Shown piece by piece: positions 40,060 through 48,781 of a stretch of DNA of 64,000 bases; position 1 is the first letter of the stretch, and each line of letters begins with the position of its first letter. The stretch spans positions 15,417 to 79,416 of the forward strand of contig JBBQUR010000023.1 of NCBI GenBank assembly GCA_038212275.1, in the 5' to 3' direction. A model generated the notes under the pieces. That model worked only from the letters and a program-made list of their open reading frames with translations. It ran no database searches and was not told where the DNA came from. The translations under genes and the position numbers were made by a program. The DNA is from Planctomycetota bacterium. GTDB lineage: Bacteria; Planctomycetota; B15-G4.

Positions 40060-40129
40060 TGCAGGCCGACTCTTCGTCGCCGCCTTCCGGGCTGCCGGCC
40101 GATCTCATGAGCAACTCGCGTGCCGGTGA

Positions 40130-40330
40130 TCAGGCAGCGGCGATCTGCTCATGCGAGAACTGGGGAATGCCGGCGCGGGTCGACGCATGCTCGACGGTGA
40201 TGGAGCAGACTTCACCCCGTGCATCGACATCGAGCAGCGTGTTCTCGTCGAGGTCCCGCGTTTCCGCGACGGGCGCATCGCGAAACTCGAAGTGCAAGGT
40301 GTCGGTGTCGCTGAAGTACGTGATCTTCAT
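40130..40330 (-). CDS. DUF2283 family protein (antitoxin-like)
   Basis: MKITYFSDTDTLHFEF...DLDENTLLDVDARG...ITVEHAS. Confidence 0.85.
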   Translation of the reverse strand: MKITYFSDTDTLHFEFRDAPVAETRDLDENTLLDVDARGEVCSITVEHASTRAGIPQFSHEQIAAA

Positions 40331-40349
40331 GGCTTGCGCGCCGCACGCT

Positions 40350-40469
40350 TCACGCCGAAAGCACGCCCTGCGAGGACATCAGCGCCAGCGCCAGCACCGT
40401 CGCGACGAGCGTGCACACGAAGCAGAAGCTGAAGCGGGGCAGCGAACGCGTGGACGGAAGCCTGATCAT
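40350..40469 (-). CDS. 39-aa hydrophobic ORF (signal-peptide-like, or a truncated gene)
   Basis: GAGGAG RBS overlaps the radical SAM stop. Translation MIRLPSTRSLPRFSFCFVCTLVATVLALALMSSQGVLSA. Confidence 0.5.
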   Translation of the reverse strand: MIRLPSTRSLPRFSFCFVCTLVATVLALALMSSQGVLSA

Positions 40470-40480
40470 CGCGGCACTCC

Positions 40481-42037
40481 TCAGATGTACTTGCTCACCG
40501 GGCCCATGGAGCGGCGCACGACGTCGAAGGCCTGGAACTCCACCGGCGCCTTCCACAGGCGGTTGCGGAGGCGCACGCCGGCGGACTTGCGCAGCAGGCG
40601 CGAGACCGGGCCCTTGCCGCCCGCGATGCCGTCGAACCACGGAGCCATCTGCGTGAAACGCGCCCAGACCTGCTGCACCTCGGCGGGCACCACGCCCCAC
40701 CACGAGTTGAACTTGTAGTCGAAGAAGCGGCCCCACTCCTCAAAGCTCGTCGGCACCGGGTAGTGGTTCTGCTCCACCGACGGCTGCCAGAACTCGCTGC
40801 CCGGAATCGGGCGGTACGGGAAGACCTCCACCGAGCAGCTCGGGTAGCGCGTCTTCATGTCCGCCGCTTCGTAGATCGTCTCGTACATCGACTCCACGGT
40901 CTCGCCCGGGTAGCCGATGATGTAGGTGAGTCCCGACTTGATGTCGAGCTCGTGCATCTTGCGCATGGCCTCGTTGGTCTGGCCCGACTTGATGCCCTTG
41001 CGCATGAGCTTGTGCGTCTCTTCCGACGCGGCCTCGGCGCCGAACCACATGAGGTGGTTGCCGCTGCGCTTCATGAGCTTCAGCGTCTCGTCGTCGTACT
41101 GGCAGATCTGCTTGATCTCGATCGTGCCGTTCCAGTTGATGTTCAGGCCCTTGCGCAGCAGACCCTCGCAGAAGTCCTGCATGCGCTTCTTGCTCACGCC
41201 GAAGTTCGCGTCCTGGAAGCGCAGCACGTCGAAGGGGTCCTTCTTGTGGATGACCGCGAGGCGGTCCACGAGAACGTCCGCGTCCAGCGCCACCCAGCGG
41301 CGGCCGGCGATCTCGGGGCTGCAGCAGAAGCTGCAGGGCTCCGGGCAGCCGAAGCTGCTGAAGTAGGAGAAGCCGCGGAAGGCCTTGTTCGCCAGGTGAT
41401 GCGGCGGCGGGAGCCGGTTGCGCACACGGTTGCCGAACTTCGCCGCGCGCTTCTGCAGGTCGTAGTACTTCTGCAGCTCGATGAGGTGGAAGCTCGGCTC
41501 GGGCAGCTCGTTGAGGTGCAGCGTCGCCCGGTGCGCCGTGTGCACCAGCTCGCCGTCATGCTTGAGCGCCAGGCCGGCGATCTTCTCCAGTTCGGCGTGC
41601 CCGCCGCCGGAGCGCCAGCATTCCAGCACCTCGGCAAAGGCGATCTCGCCCTGCCCGATGACGATCGCGTCGCAGATGTCGCTGTTGAGGTACAGCTCCG
41701 GAAGCGCGCTCGGGAACCAGCCGCCCCAGAGCATCTTGATCTTCGGGAAGCGCTGGCGGACGGCCTGCCCGACGCGCGCGCCATCCCACACCTGGAAGCC
41801 CAGGATGCACGAGCTGGCGAAGACCATCGCGCCTTCGCACGCCGCCAGCGTCTGCTCGATGTAGTCGGGCTCGGTCATCGCGTCGATGAGCACGACGTCC
41901 CAGCCTGCGGCCTCCGCCGTGGGCGCGATGTGCAGCAGTTCGAGCGGCAGCAGGTCCGCCGACGGCAGGTCCCCGATGGCCGGGTCCACGCGCGACGGCA
42001 GGAACAGCACGACTTTGGGCTTCACGGTGGTGGTCAT
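40481..42037 (-). CDS. Cobalamin (B12)-binding radical SAM protein
   Basis: N-terminal B12-binding domain (WGGWFPS...IVIGQGE), CPEPCSFC (CxxxCxxC), FQDANF and IIGYPGET. Confidence 0.92.
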   Translation of the reverse strand: MTTTVKPKVVLFLPSRVDPAIGDLPSADLLPLELLHIAPTAEAAGWDVVLIDAMTEPDYIEQTLAACEGAMVFASSCILGFQVWDGARVGQAVRQRFPKIKMLWGGWFPSALPELYLNSDICDAIVIGQGEIAFAEVLECWRSGGGHAELEKIAGLALKHDGELVHTAHRATLHLNELPEPSFHLIELQKYYDLQKRAAKFGNRVRNRLPPPHHLANKAFRGFSYFSSFGCPEPCSFCCSPEIAGRRWVALDADVLVDRLAVIHKKDPFDVLRFQDANFGVSKKRMQDFCEGLLRKGLNINWNGTIEIKQICQYDDETLKLMKRSGNHLMWFGAEAASEETHKLMRKGIKSGQTNEAMRKMHELDIKSGLTYIIGYPGETVESMYETIYEAADMKTRYPSCSVEVFPYRPIPGSEFWQPSVEQNHYPVPTSFEEWGRFFDYKFNSWWGVVPAEVQQVWARFTQMAPWFDGIAGGKGPVSRLLRKSAGVRLRNRLWKAPVEFQAFDVVRRSMGPVSKYI

Positions 42038-42086
42038 CGGTGCGTCAACGCCTCGGGGCTTCTGTGTTTGGCTGTTCGTTCGTTCG

Positions 42087-42335
42087 TCAGGTCAGCACTG
42101 GCGGCTTGTTGCCTGTCAGGATCGCGCGCACTTCACCCGCCTCCGGAAAACGGCCTGCACCGAGCTTGCTGAAGACGAGCACGTCGTTCTTCTTCACCTC
42201 GAAGCAACCTCCATCGGACGGGATCAGCACCAGGTTCGAAATCTCGCGCTTGTGGGCCTTGATCAACTCTTCGGTCAGGCTCACGGCCTGAGGTTCGTAG
42301 TTTCACTTGGCGCAGTAACGGATCTCGATCTTCAT
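42087..42335 (-). CDS. Rdx/SelW(SelT/SelH)-family selenoprotein, in-frame UGA read as Sec
   Basis: MKIEIRYCAK-(TGA at 42305-42303)-NYEPQAVSL...GGCFEV...VFSK...RFPE gives a CxxU motif. GGAAAGAG RBS and a downstream SECIS hairpin. Confidence 0.9.
42275..42291 (-). promoter_or_regulatory. Bacterial SECIS element
   Basis: UCAGGC-CGUGA-GCCUGA hairpin starts 11 nt after the UGA, with a G near the start of the apical loop. Confidence 0.75.
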
Positions 42336-42635
42336 GCTCTTTCCACTCACAAGTCGGAACAGCCCGGCGAACAGCAGAGGATAAGGCCATGGCGACCAAT
42401 GCGCCAATGGTGGTCGATTTGGAGTGCCGGCATCGTGGCCATCTTCGGCTGCACGACCGGGCCGACTGGACGTCGCCGGAGGGACCTCGCCGAGCGGGAC
42501 CGCGGCTCACGCGTCAAGCGACCCAGCGCTCGTCTCGGCGTGCGGCCGCCCGACCAGGCTCGCGCTCGGCGCGCATGTCGCCGCTGCTGTGACGGGGCCG
42601 GCCAGCCGAGCCGCCGCGGGGCGCGGCGGCTCGAT

Positions 42636-43124
42636 TCAGGCCTTGCCCAGCATGTCCTTCGGCACGGGAACGACGAGCACCGGCACCGGGCTCGCGCCCA
42701 GCAGGCCGCCCGCCACCGAGCCCATGACCAATCGCGCCAGTCCGCGCCGGCCGTGCGAGGCCACGCACATCAGGTCGGCCTTCAAGGTCACGGCCCGCTC
42801 GCAGAGGCAGGGCACGACGTCGTGGCTGAAGTCCTCCACCACGTGCACGTGGACGGTGATGCCGGCAGGCACGTCGGCCTCGTTGAGCAGCGCGCGGATG
42901 TGCGCCGCGGCCTCCTTGCGCAGTTCCGCGCGCTCCTCGTCGGTCGGCGGCTGGGGCCCGTAATGCGCATACATCGGGTTCACGTTCGGCGGGAACTCCA
43001 GAACGTGCACCACGTGCGCCGTGCCGTTGCCGCCCAGCGCGCGCCACGCATGCTGCAGGGCCACCCCGGCGCGGGGCGAGAGGTCGGTCGGCACGAGGAC
43101 CGTCGCGTAATGCCTTGCGTCCAT
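42636..43124 (-). CDS. Universal stress protein (UspA family)
   Basis: VLVPTDLS and ADLMCVASHGRRG..RLVMGSVA...PVPVLVVP. Confidence 0.9.
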   Translation of the reverse strand: MDARHYATVLVPTDLSPRAGVALQHAWRALGGNGTAHVVHVLEFPPNVNPMYAHYGPQPPTDEERAELRKEAAAHIRALLNEADVPAGITVHVHVVEDFSHDVVPCLCERAVTLKADLMCVASHGRRGLARLVMGSVAGGLLGASPVPVLVVPVPKDMLGKA

Positions 43125-43212
43125 CACCGGGCTCCGTCTGCTGGGAGGCCCCAGCATCCGGCGCGCGGTGCGTCCCGGTCAATGCTCAGCGGTGGCGCAG
43201 CGCGCACTTCGC

Positions 43213-45333
43213 TCAGGGGACGTCGCCGCGCAGCAGGTTGCTCAGCGCAACGCCCTTCGGCGCGGCCGCGTCGGCGATGGCCGCCTGGAAGTGGACCTGG
43301 AAGCCGAGACCGTTCGCTCCGGCCGGCATCACCCCCGGAAGGGAGAGCGTGCCCGCAGACCCGGTGGCCAGCGTGACCGGGAAGCCGGCGAGCCATGGGA
43401 ACGCGGCGAGCTGCCCGCCCTTGAACGGCACCGGCGACGAACTCAGGGAGAGAAAGAGCAGCAGCGTGGACGACGGCGCCGCATCCGCGACGTCGAGCGC
43501 GAGCGGCTGGCCACCGAGCAGCGTGCCGGTTCCCGACAGGTGCGGCACCCCCGCGACGCCGGCCAGGCCGAAGCCCAGCTCGGTCCACGGCGTCGGCGCG
43601 TCGCCCTGCACGAACGACTGTGGCGCGCTGACGACGAAGTTCCCCGCGAGGTCACTCACCTCGACGTGCCACGTGATGAGAGCGTCAATCTGCGCCGGGA
43701 TCACGCTGCGGTACTGGAAGCTGCCCTGCGCGAACATCGGCACGCTGACGGGCGCGGCATCGTTCACCGCGTAGAAGAGCGTGGCCGAATAAAACAGGCC
43801 CAGCGTGAAGTTGCTGTTGTCGCGCACCTGGACGTGGAGGACGGTGGGCGTGCCATTCGGTTTGGCCAGCTGCTGCGTGATTCTGTAAATGGTCGGCGCA
43901 TGCGTGTCGGGGACGCCGAGCACGTTGCTGAAGAGGAAGTTCTGCTGGTTGCCGTCGTTCGAGAGCAGCAGGTCCTCGTCGCCGTCGTTGTCCATGTCCG
44001 CCACGTCGCCATCGAGCGTGGTGCCGCCGTTGCTGGTCAGCGGCAGCTCGGGATCGGGCGAGAGGCCCGACACCAGGCCGGTACGGTGGTAGAGGCCGAC
44101 GGCATTCACGTCGAGGCCCTGGGCCAGCGCGCTCTGGTAGGCGTAGTTGGTGCCGCCGAAATTGGGGAGGAAGGCGTCGAGGTCGCCGTCCGCGTCGTAG
44201 TCGATGAAGGTGACGTGCTCCTCGTCGGTGTTCGGATCGCCCTTGATCCAGGTCTGGATCTCGGTGAACGAATAGGTCCCGCCTGCAACACCGTCGTTGC
44301 GCAGGAGCTTCTCCGTGTTGCCGTCGTAGTTGTTCATCCAGAGGTCGAAGTCGCCGTCGCCGTCGACGTCCGCAGCCTCGACTTCGTAGTTGACGGTGGC
44401 GCTGCCGGTGGCGCCCTTGTCGATGAAGGCTGCCTTCGTGATGTCGTTGAACAGCGTGGCGCCGAGGCCGTTGACGCTGTTGTTCATGTAGGTCCGCGCC
44501 TGGCTGTTGCGGCTGGACATCGCGATGTCGATGTCGAAGTCGCCGTCGAGATCGACGAGATCGAGGTCGTAGGTGTGCGTCTTGATGTCCGCGGCCGGAT
44601 CGACCCACGGGTACTTCTCGTCGAAGATGCCGTTGCCGTCGTTGAGGAAGATCAGCGAGTCGCGCGTGCCGTTCACTGCTGGGCCGTAGGTGCCGTAGAA
44701 CAGGTCGTTGTCGCCGTCGTCGTCGAGGTCCGCGAAGTCGCAATCGCAGCAGAAACCTCGGAACGGCCCATGGTTGCCACCGACGACCTGATCGGCGAGC
44801 GGGATGGAGACGAGATTCCCCCAGCGCAGGTCGGTGTCCTCCTGGTAGTAGCCGACCTCGCCGCGTTGCAGGCCGCCCTTGTTCGTGTAGAAGCGACTGG
44901 GCGACCCGCCTTGGAAGCTATTGCCGTCATTGCCGACGCCCACGTCGAAATCGCCGTCGTCGTCGAAGTCCACGAACTCGATGTCGCGAGACCTGTCGAT
45001 GGCCACGCCTGCGAAGCGCGCCGCCGTCTGCTCGTTGAACGTGCCGATCGCTCCGCCCTGCAAGCCGCCCAGATTGATGAAGATCCGGTTCTGTTCGTTC
45101 CCGAAGTCGCCGCCATTGGCCACGATCGCATCCATGTCACCGTCGTTGTCCACGTCGCCCGGCGCGATGTTCTCGGATCGGTTCATCCCGAAGTTGGCGG
45201 CGCTCGTGAAGTTCCGCCCCGGCTGCAGATCGGACAGCGACTGCGCGCCGGCGGCGCCCGTCGCGCACAGGAGCAGGGCGACGGAGGCGAGGCACTTCGA
45301 GAACGAGCAGACGGTCGAAGGATTCATGGTCAT
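43213..45333 (-). CDS. Secreted FG-GAP/VCBS-repeat beta-propeller protein with the conserved C-terminal domain
   Basis: Signal peptide, seven DxDxDGDxD repeats, and C-terminal WTELGFGLAG...KGVALSNLL. Confidence 0.85.
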   Translation of the reverse strand: MTMNPSTVCSFSKCLASVALLLCATGAAGAQSLSDLQPGRNFTSAANFGMNRSENIAPGDVDNDGDMDAIVANGGDFGNEQNRIFINLGGLQGGAIGTFNEQTAARFAGVAIDRSRDIEFVDFDDDGDFDVGVGNDGNSFQGGSPSRFYTNKGGLQRGEVGYYQEDTDLRWGNLVSIPLADQVVGGNHGPFRGFCCDCDFADLDDDGDNDLFYGTYGPAVNGTRDSLIFLNDGNGIFDEKYPWVDPAADIKTHTYDLDLVDLDGDFDIDIAMSSRNSQARTYMNNSVNGLGATLFNDITKAAFIDKGATGSATVNYEVEAADVDGDGDFDLWMNNYDGNTEKLLRNDGVAGGTYSFTEIQTWIKGDPNTDEEHVTFIDYDADGDLDAFLPNFGGTNYAYQSALAQGLDVNAVGLYHRTGLVSGLSPDPELPLTSNGGTTLDGDVADMDNDGDEDLLLSNDGNQQNFLFSNVLGVPDTHAPTIYRITQQLAKPNGTPTVLHVQVRDNSNFTLGLFYSATLFYAVNDAAPVSVPMFAQGSFQYRSVIPAQIDALITWHVEVSDLAGNFVVSAPQSFVQGDAPTPWTELGFGLAGVAGVPHLSGTGTLLGGQPLALDVADAAPSSTLLLFLSLSSSPVPFKGGQLAAFPWLAGFPVTLATGSAGTLSLPGVMPAGANGLGFQVHFQAAIADAAAPKGVALSNLLRGDVP

Positions 45334-45535
45334 CACGAGCGCTCCCGAGCCGACTTCCCGAAACCTGCCTGCGGCGCCGGACGCGGCAGTCTGCGGCAGA
45401 AGCAGGCACCGCTCAACTTCGTGCATAGTCGCCGGATATGCAAGTGCCGTCTGGACAGAGGCCCCCCGGCGCGCGTCCGCTTCGGGAGCATGTCCCGGGC
45501 GCAGCCACAGTCCGCGGGCCATGCGCGCGCACTCG

Positions 45536-45614
45536 GCGCGCAGTTGGCGCGCAGTTGGCGCGCAGGCACACGCAGGCACACGCAGGTCGCACGCAGATCG
45601 CACGCAGGTCGCGC
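45536..45614 (+). repeat. Degenerate 10-11 bp tandem array with a CGCAG core
   Basis: GGCGCGCAGTT x2, CGCAGGCACA x2, then CGCAGGTCGCA-like x3; intergenic. Confidence 0.75.
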
Positions 45615-45634
45615 GAAGGCCGCACGCCGCCTTC

Positions 45635-47965
45635 TCAGGCCTCGTGCTCCGCCAGCAGCGCGCGGAAGCCTGCCTCGTCCAGCACGGTCACGCCCAGCTC
45701 CTGCGCCTTCTTCAGCTTGCTGCCGGGTTTGTCGCCGGCGACGAGCACCGAGAGATTCACGCTCACGCCGGAGAGCAGCGTCGCGCCGAGCGACTTCACG
45801 CGCTCCTGCGCCTCGCGCCGCGAGATTCCGGCGAGCGTGCCGGTGAAGAGGAAGGTCTGCCCCGCGAGCGGCCCGCCTTCGCGCCGCCGCGGCGCGGTCG
45901 GCGCCACGCCGCGCTCCGCGAGCAGCGCGAGATTCTCGCGCTCCGCGGGATCGTCGAAGAAGGCGCGCACGGAGGCCGCGACCGTCGGCCCGATGCCGGC
46001 CACGCCCTGCAGTTCGTCTTCGGTGGCAGCCGCGAGCGCGTCGAGGCTCTGCCAGTGTTCCGCAAGTTTCTCCGCGACCGTCCCGCCGACGTGCAGGATG
46101 CCGAGGCCGAAGAGCAGTCGCGACAACGGCCGCGTGCGACTCTGCGCGATGCCGGCCAGCACGTTGCGCGCGGAGAGCTCGCCCATGCGCTCCAGCTCCG
46201 CGAGCGTTGTCTCGTCCAGCGCGTAGAGATCCGCGAGGCGCGCGACGTGCCCGCCGTCCACGAGCTGGTCGATGAGCTTGTCGCCGACGCCCTCGATGTC
46301 GAGCGCGCCGCGCGACACGAAGTGCGCGATGCGGCGCTTGATCACGGCCGGGCAGCGCGCGTTGGGGCAGCGCACGACGACCTCGCCCTCCACCGCCTGC
46401 ACCGCCGTGCCGCACACCGGGCAGTGGTCGGGCATGACCCACGGCGCGCCGCTGCCGTGCTGCGTGACGCCGACGATCTTGGGGATCACGTCGCCGGCGC
46501 GCTCGATGAGCACGCGGTCGCCGACCTTCACGCCGAGCCGCGCAATTTCTTCGCGATTGTGCAGCGTGACATTTTCGATCGTCACGCCCGAGACGTGTAC
46601 TGGCGCGACGACAGCCACCGGCGTGAGCGCGCCCGTGCGCCCTACCTGCACGTGGATGTCCAGCACGACGGTGCTTCCCTGCCGCGCCGGAAACTTGAAG
46701 GCGATGGCCCAGCGCGGGCTGCGGCTGCGGATGCCGAGGCGCTCCTGCAGCGCGAAGTCGTCCACCTTCAGCACCGTGCCGTCCACCTCGAAGGGCAGGT
46801 CGTCGCGCCGCGCGAGCAGCGACTCGTGGTGCGCGAGCACCGTCGCGAGGTCGCCGCGCACCGAGAGGTCGAGCGCCGTCGGCAGCCCGAGCGCGACCAG
46901 CGCCTGCATCGCTGCGCGGTGGCCGCGCGGCGGCGCGAGGGAGCCACCCGCCGCGTGTCCGGCGCGCGCTTGCTTGCCGCCCTTCTGCTGCGTCGCGGCT
47001 GCATCACGCGCGGGACCGACGAAGCCCTCCGTCTCGCCGAGGCCGTAGCAGAGCATGTCCAGCGGCCGGCTCGCGGCGACCTTCGGGTCGAGCAGCTTCA
47101 ACGTGCCGCTCGCGAGGTTGCGCGGGTTGATGAACAGCTCCTCGCCCGCGGCCTCGCGCGCGCGATTCACCTTTTCGAAGTTCGCTCGGGACATGATGAC
47201 CTCGCCGCGCACCTCGAGCAGCTTCGGATGCGGTGCGGGAAACAGGCCGTCGCCCGCCGGGCGCTGCAGCTGCTGCGGCAGGCCGCGGATCGTGCGCACA
47301 TTGTGCGTGACGTCGTCGCCGACCTTGCCGTCGCCGCGCGTGATCGCGCGCACCAGCACGCCGTCCTCGTAGACGATCTCGAGCGCGACGCCGTCGAGCT
47401 TCGGCTCGCACGAGAAGGAGAGCCCCGCGGCCGCGGCAGCAGCAACTGCGTCGGCCGCCGCCCTGGCGGCAGCCTTGTCCTCGGCACTGGCTTTCGCCGC
47501 CGTCTTGTCCTCGGGACCGTCTCTCGCGTCGGTCGCCGGCGCCGTGTCGCGACCGAGGCCGAGGTAGTCGCCGAGGCTTGCCACCCACTCGTGCACGTCG
47601 GCGACGTCGTAGCTGTTCTGCAGCGAGAGCATCGGCGTGCGGTGCTCGGCGGGCGCCAGGCTCGCGACGGGCTCACCGCTCACGCGCTGCGTCGGCGAGT
47701 CGGGGCGGCGCAGCGCGGGGTGCGCGTCCTCCAACTCGCCCAGCTCGCGCATCAGCGCGTCGTACTCGGCGTCCGAGAGGACGGGTGCGTCCTCCACGTA
47801 ATAGAGGTGGTCGTGCCGGCGGATCTCGTCGGAGAGCCACGCGATGCGCGCGGCCGCGTCGGTCGCGGGCGGCCCGCGATCGTCTGCGCCGGGCGTGCCG
47901 TGCGCGGCCGCGTCGGATTCGCCGGCATCGTCATCGCGGCGGCGGGGCGTGCGCGCGGCGGACAT
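45635..47965 (-). CDS. ligA: NAD-dependent DNA ligase
   Basis: MLSL, EPKLDG (KxDG), EVRGE, NPRN, PRWAIAFKF, C4 Zn finger, HhH and BRCT. Confidence 0.97.
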   Translation of the reverse strand: MSAARTPRRRDDDAGESDAAAHGTPGADDRGPPATDAAARIAWLSDEIRRHDHLYYVEDAPVLSDAEYDALMRELGELEDAHPALRRPDSPTQRVSGEPVASLAPAEHRTPMLSLQNSYDVADVHEWVASLGDYLGLGRDTAPATDARDGPEDKTAAKASAEDKAAARAAADAVAAAAAAGLSFSCEPKLDGVALEIVYEDGVLVRAITRGDGKVGDDVTHNVRTIRGLPQQLQRPAGDGLFPAPHPKLLEVRGEVIMSRANFEKVNRAREAAGEELFINPRNLASGTLKLLDPKVAASRPLDMLCYGLGETEGFVGPARDAAATQQKGGKQARAGHAAGGSLAPPRGHRAAMQALVALGLPTALDLSVRGDLATVLAHHESLLARRDDLPFEVDGTVLKVDDFALQERLGIRSRSPRWAIAFKFPARQGSTVVLDIHVQVGRTGALTPVAVVAPVHVSGVTIENVTLHNREEIARLGVKVGDRVLIERAGDVIPKIVGVTQHGSGAPWVMPDHCPVCGTAVQAVEGEVVVRCPNARCPAVIKRRIAHFVSRGALDIEGVGDKLIDQLVDGGHVARLADLYALDETTLAELERMGELSARNVLAGIAQSRTRPLSRLLFGLGILHVGGTVAEKLAEHWQSLDALAAATEDELQGVAGIGPTVAASVRAFFDDPAERENLALLAERGVAPTAPRRREGGPLAGQTFLFTGTLAGISRREAQERVKSLGATLLSGVSVNLSVLVAGDKPGSKLKKAQELGVTVLDEAGFRALLAEHEA

Positions 47966-47969
47966 CGGG

Positions 47970-48599
47970 TCAGCCCGCGGGACGGGCCAGCACGGACGTC
48001 ACCCAGAGCACGCAGGCGCAGCCGACGGGGAAGAGCAGCTCGTTGACGCCGCGCGCCACGATCGCCGGCGTCGGCAGTCCTGCGGGCGCCGCCGCGCGGT
48101 CCATGATGAACAGCAGCGCGGCGCCGAAGATCGCGCCGATCACCAGGCCGGTGCGCGCGTACGCGCCGAGTTTCAACTCGGGCCGGCGCACGAGGCGCGT
48201 GATGAGCACGCCGAACACCGCGTACTCCGCGGCCTTGACGCCCGCGAGCGTCCACGGCGACGGCCCGCCCGCCGGCAGCGTGATGGAAAGCGCCTGCGCC
48301 GCGCTCTTGTGCAGCGCGCGCGCCACCGCAAAGGCCACCGGCGCCGCGAGCAGCCCCAGCGCGCCGAGAGCGCCGGGCCCCGCGCGCGTCGCCGCCGTGC
48401 CGCACGCCAGCGCGACGCACACGATGTACGACCACGACACCTTCTGCGCCGACTCCGCCAGCACCGAGTTCAGCACGGGCTTCGCGCCGCCCGACGCCGC
48501 CACGACCGCGAGCTGCAATCCTTCGAGCACGAGCCCGAGCAGGATCGCCCACCACGACGCGCGCAGCAGCGTGCGCGAAAGTTCCTGAGACGTTGCCAT
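47970..48599 (-). CDS. Hypothetical multi-pass membrane protein
   Basis: About six hydrophobic segments. Ends 4 bp upstream of ligA. Confidence 0.65.
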   Translation of the reverse strand: MATSQELSRTLLRASWWAILLGLVLEGLQLAVVAASGGAKPVLNSVLAESAQKVSWSYIVCVALACGTAATRAGPGALGALGLLAAPVAFAVARALHKSAAQALSITLPAGGPSPWTLAGVKAAEYAVFGVLITRLVRRPELKLGAYARTGLVIGAIFGAALLFIMDRAAAPAGLPTPAIVARGVNELLFPVGCACVLWVTSVLARPAG

Positions 48600-48781
48600 G
48601 GGCGCTGAGGATGCCGGACGCGCCGGAGCGAGTCGAGCGGCTGCAAGCGCGAGACCGGGATCGCGTGTCATGGTCTCGCTACACTCCCCCGGTGAGCCGC
48701 CCCATCCTCCGCCGCACGCCGCCATGGCTCGTCACGACAGAGCCGCCGCGCGCGGCGCGGCTTTCCGCATCGAGGCCTCTG

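Noticed and set aside
42087..42284. ORF-track call of a 65-aa protein starting at GTG 42284
   Set aside because: This is an artefact of treating the Sec UGA as a stop. The gene most likely starts at ATG 42335.
42399..42600. Lipoprotein-like start (MRQWWSIWSAGIVAIFGC) on the + strand
   Set aside because: The frame turns into Arg-rich nondescript sequence and runs antisense through uspA, so it is not supportable as a gene.
47425..47560. Possible intein in LigA
   Set aside because: The insert is short and low-complexity, and it lacks the N-terminal Cys/Ser and C-terminal His-Asn splicing motifs.
44921..48046. Very long + strand ORFs (1041 aa here; also 43168-45846, 17752-19992, 32637-34793 and 58732-60825)
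   Set aside because: They are antisense shadows of well-supported minus-strand genes in high-GC DNA. They are Arg/Ala-rich and have no recognisable motifs.
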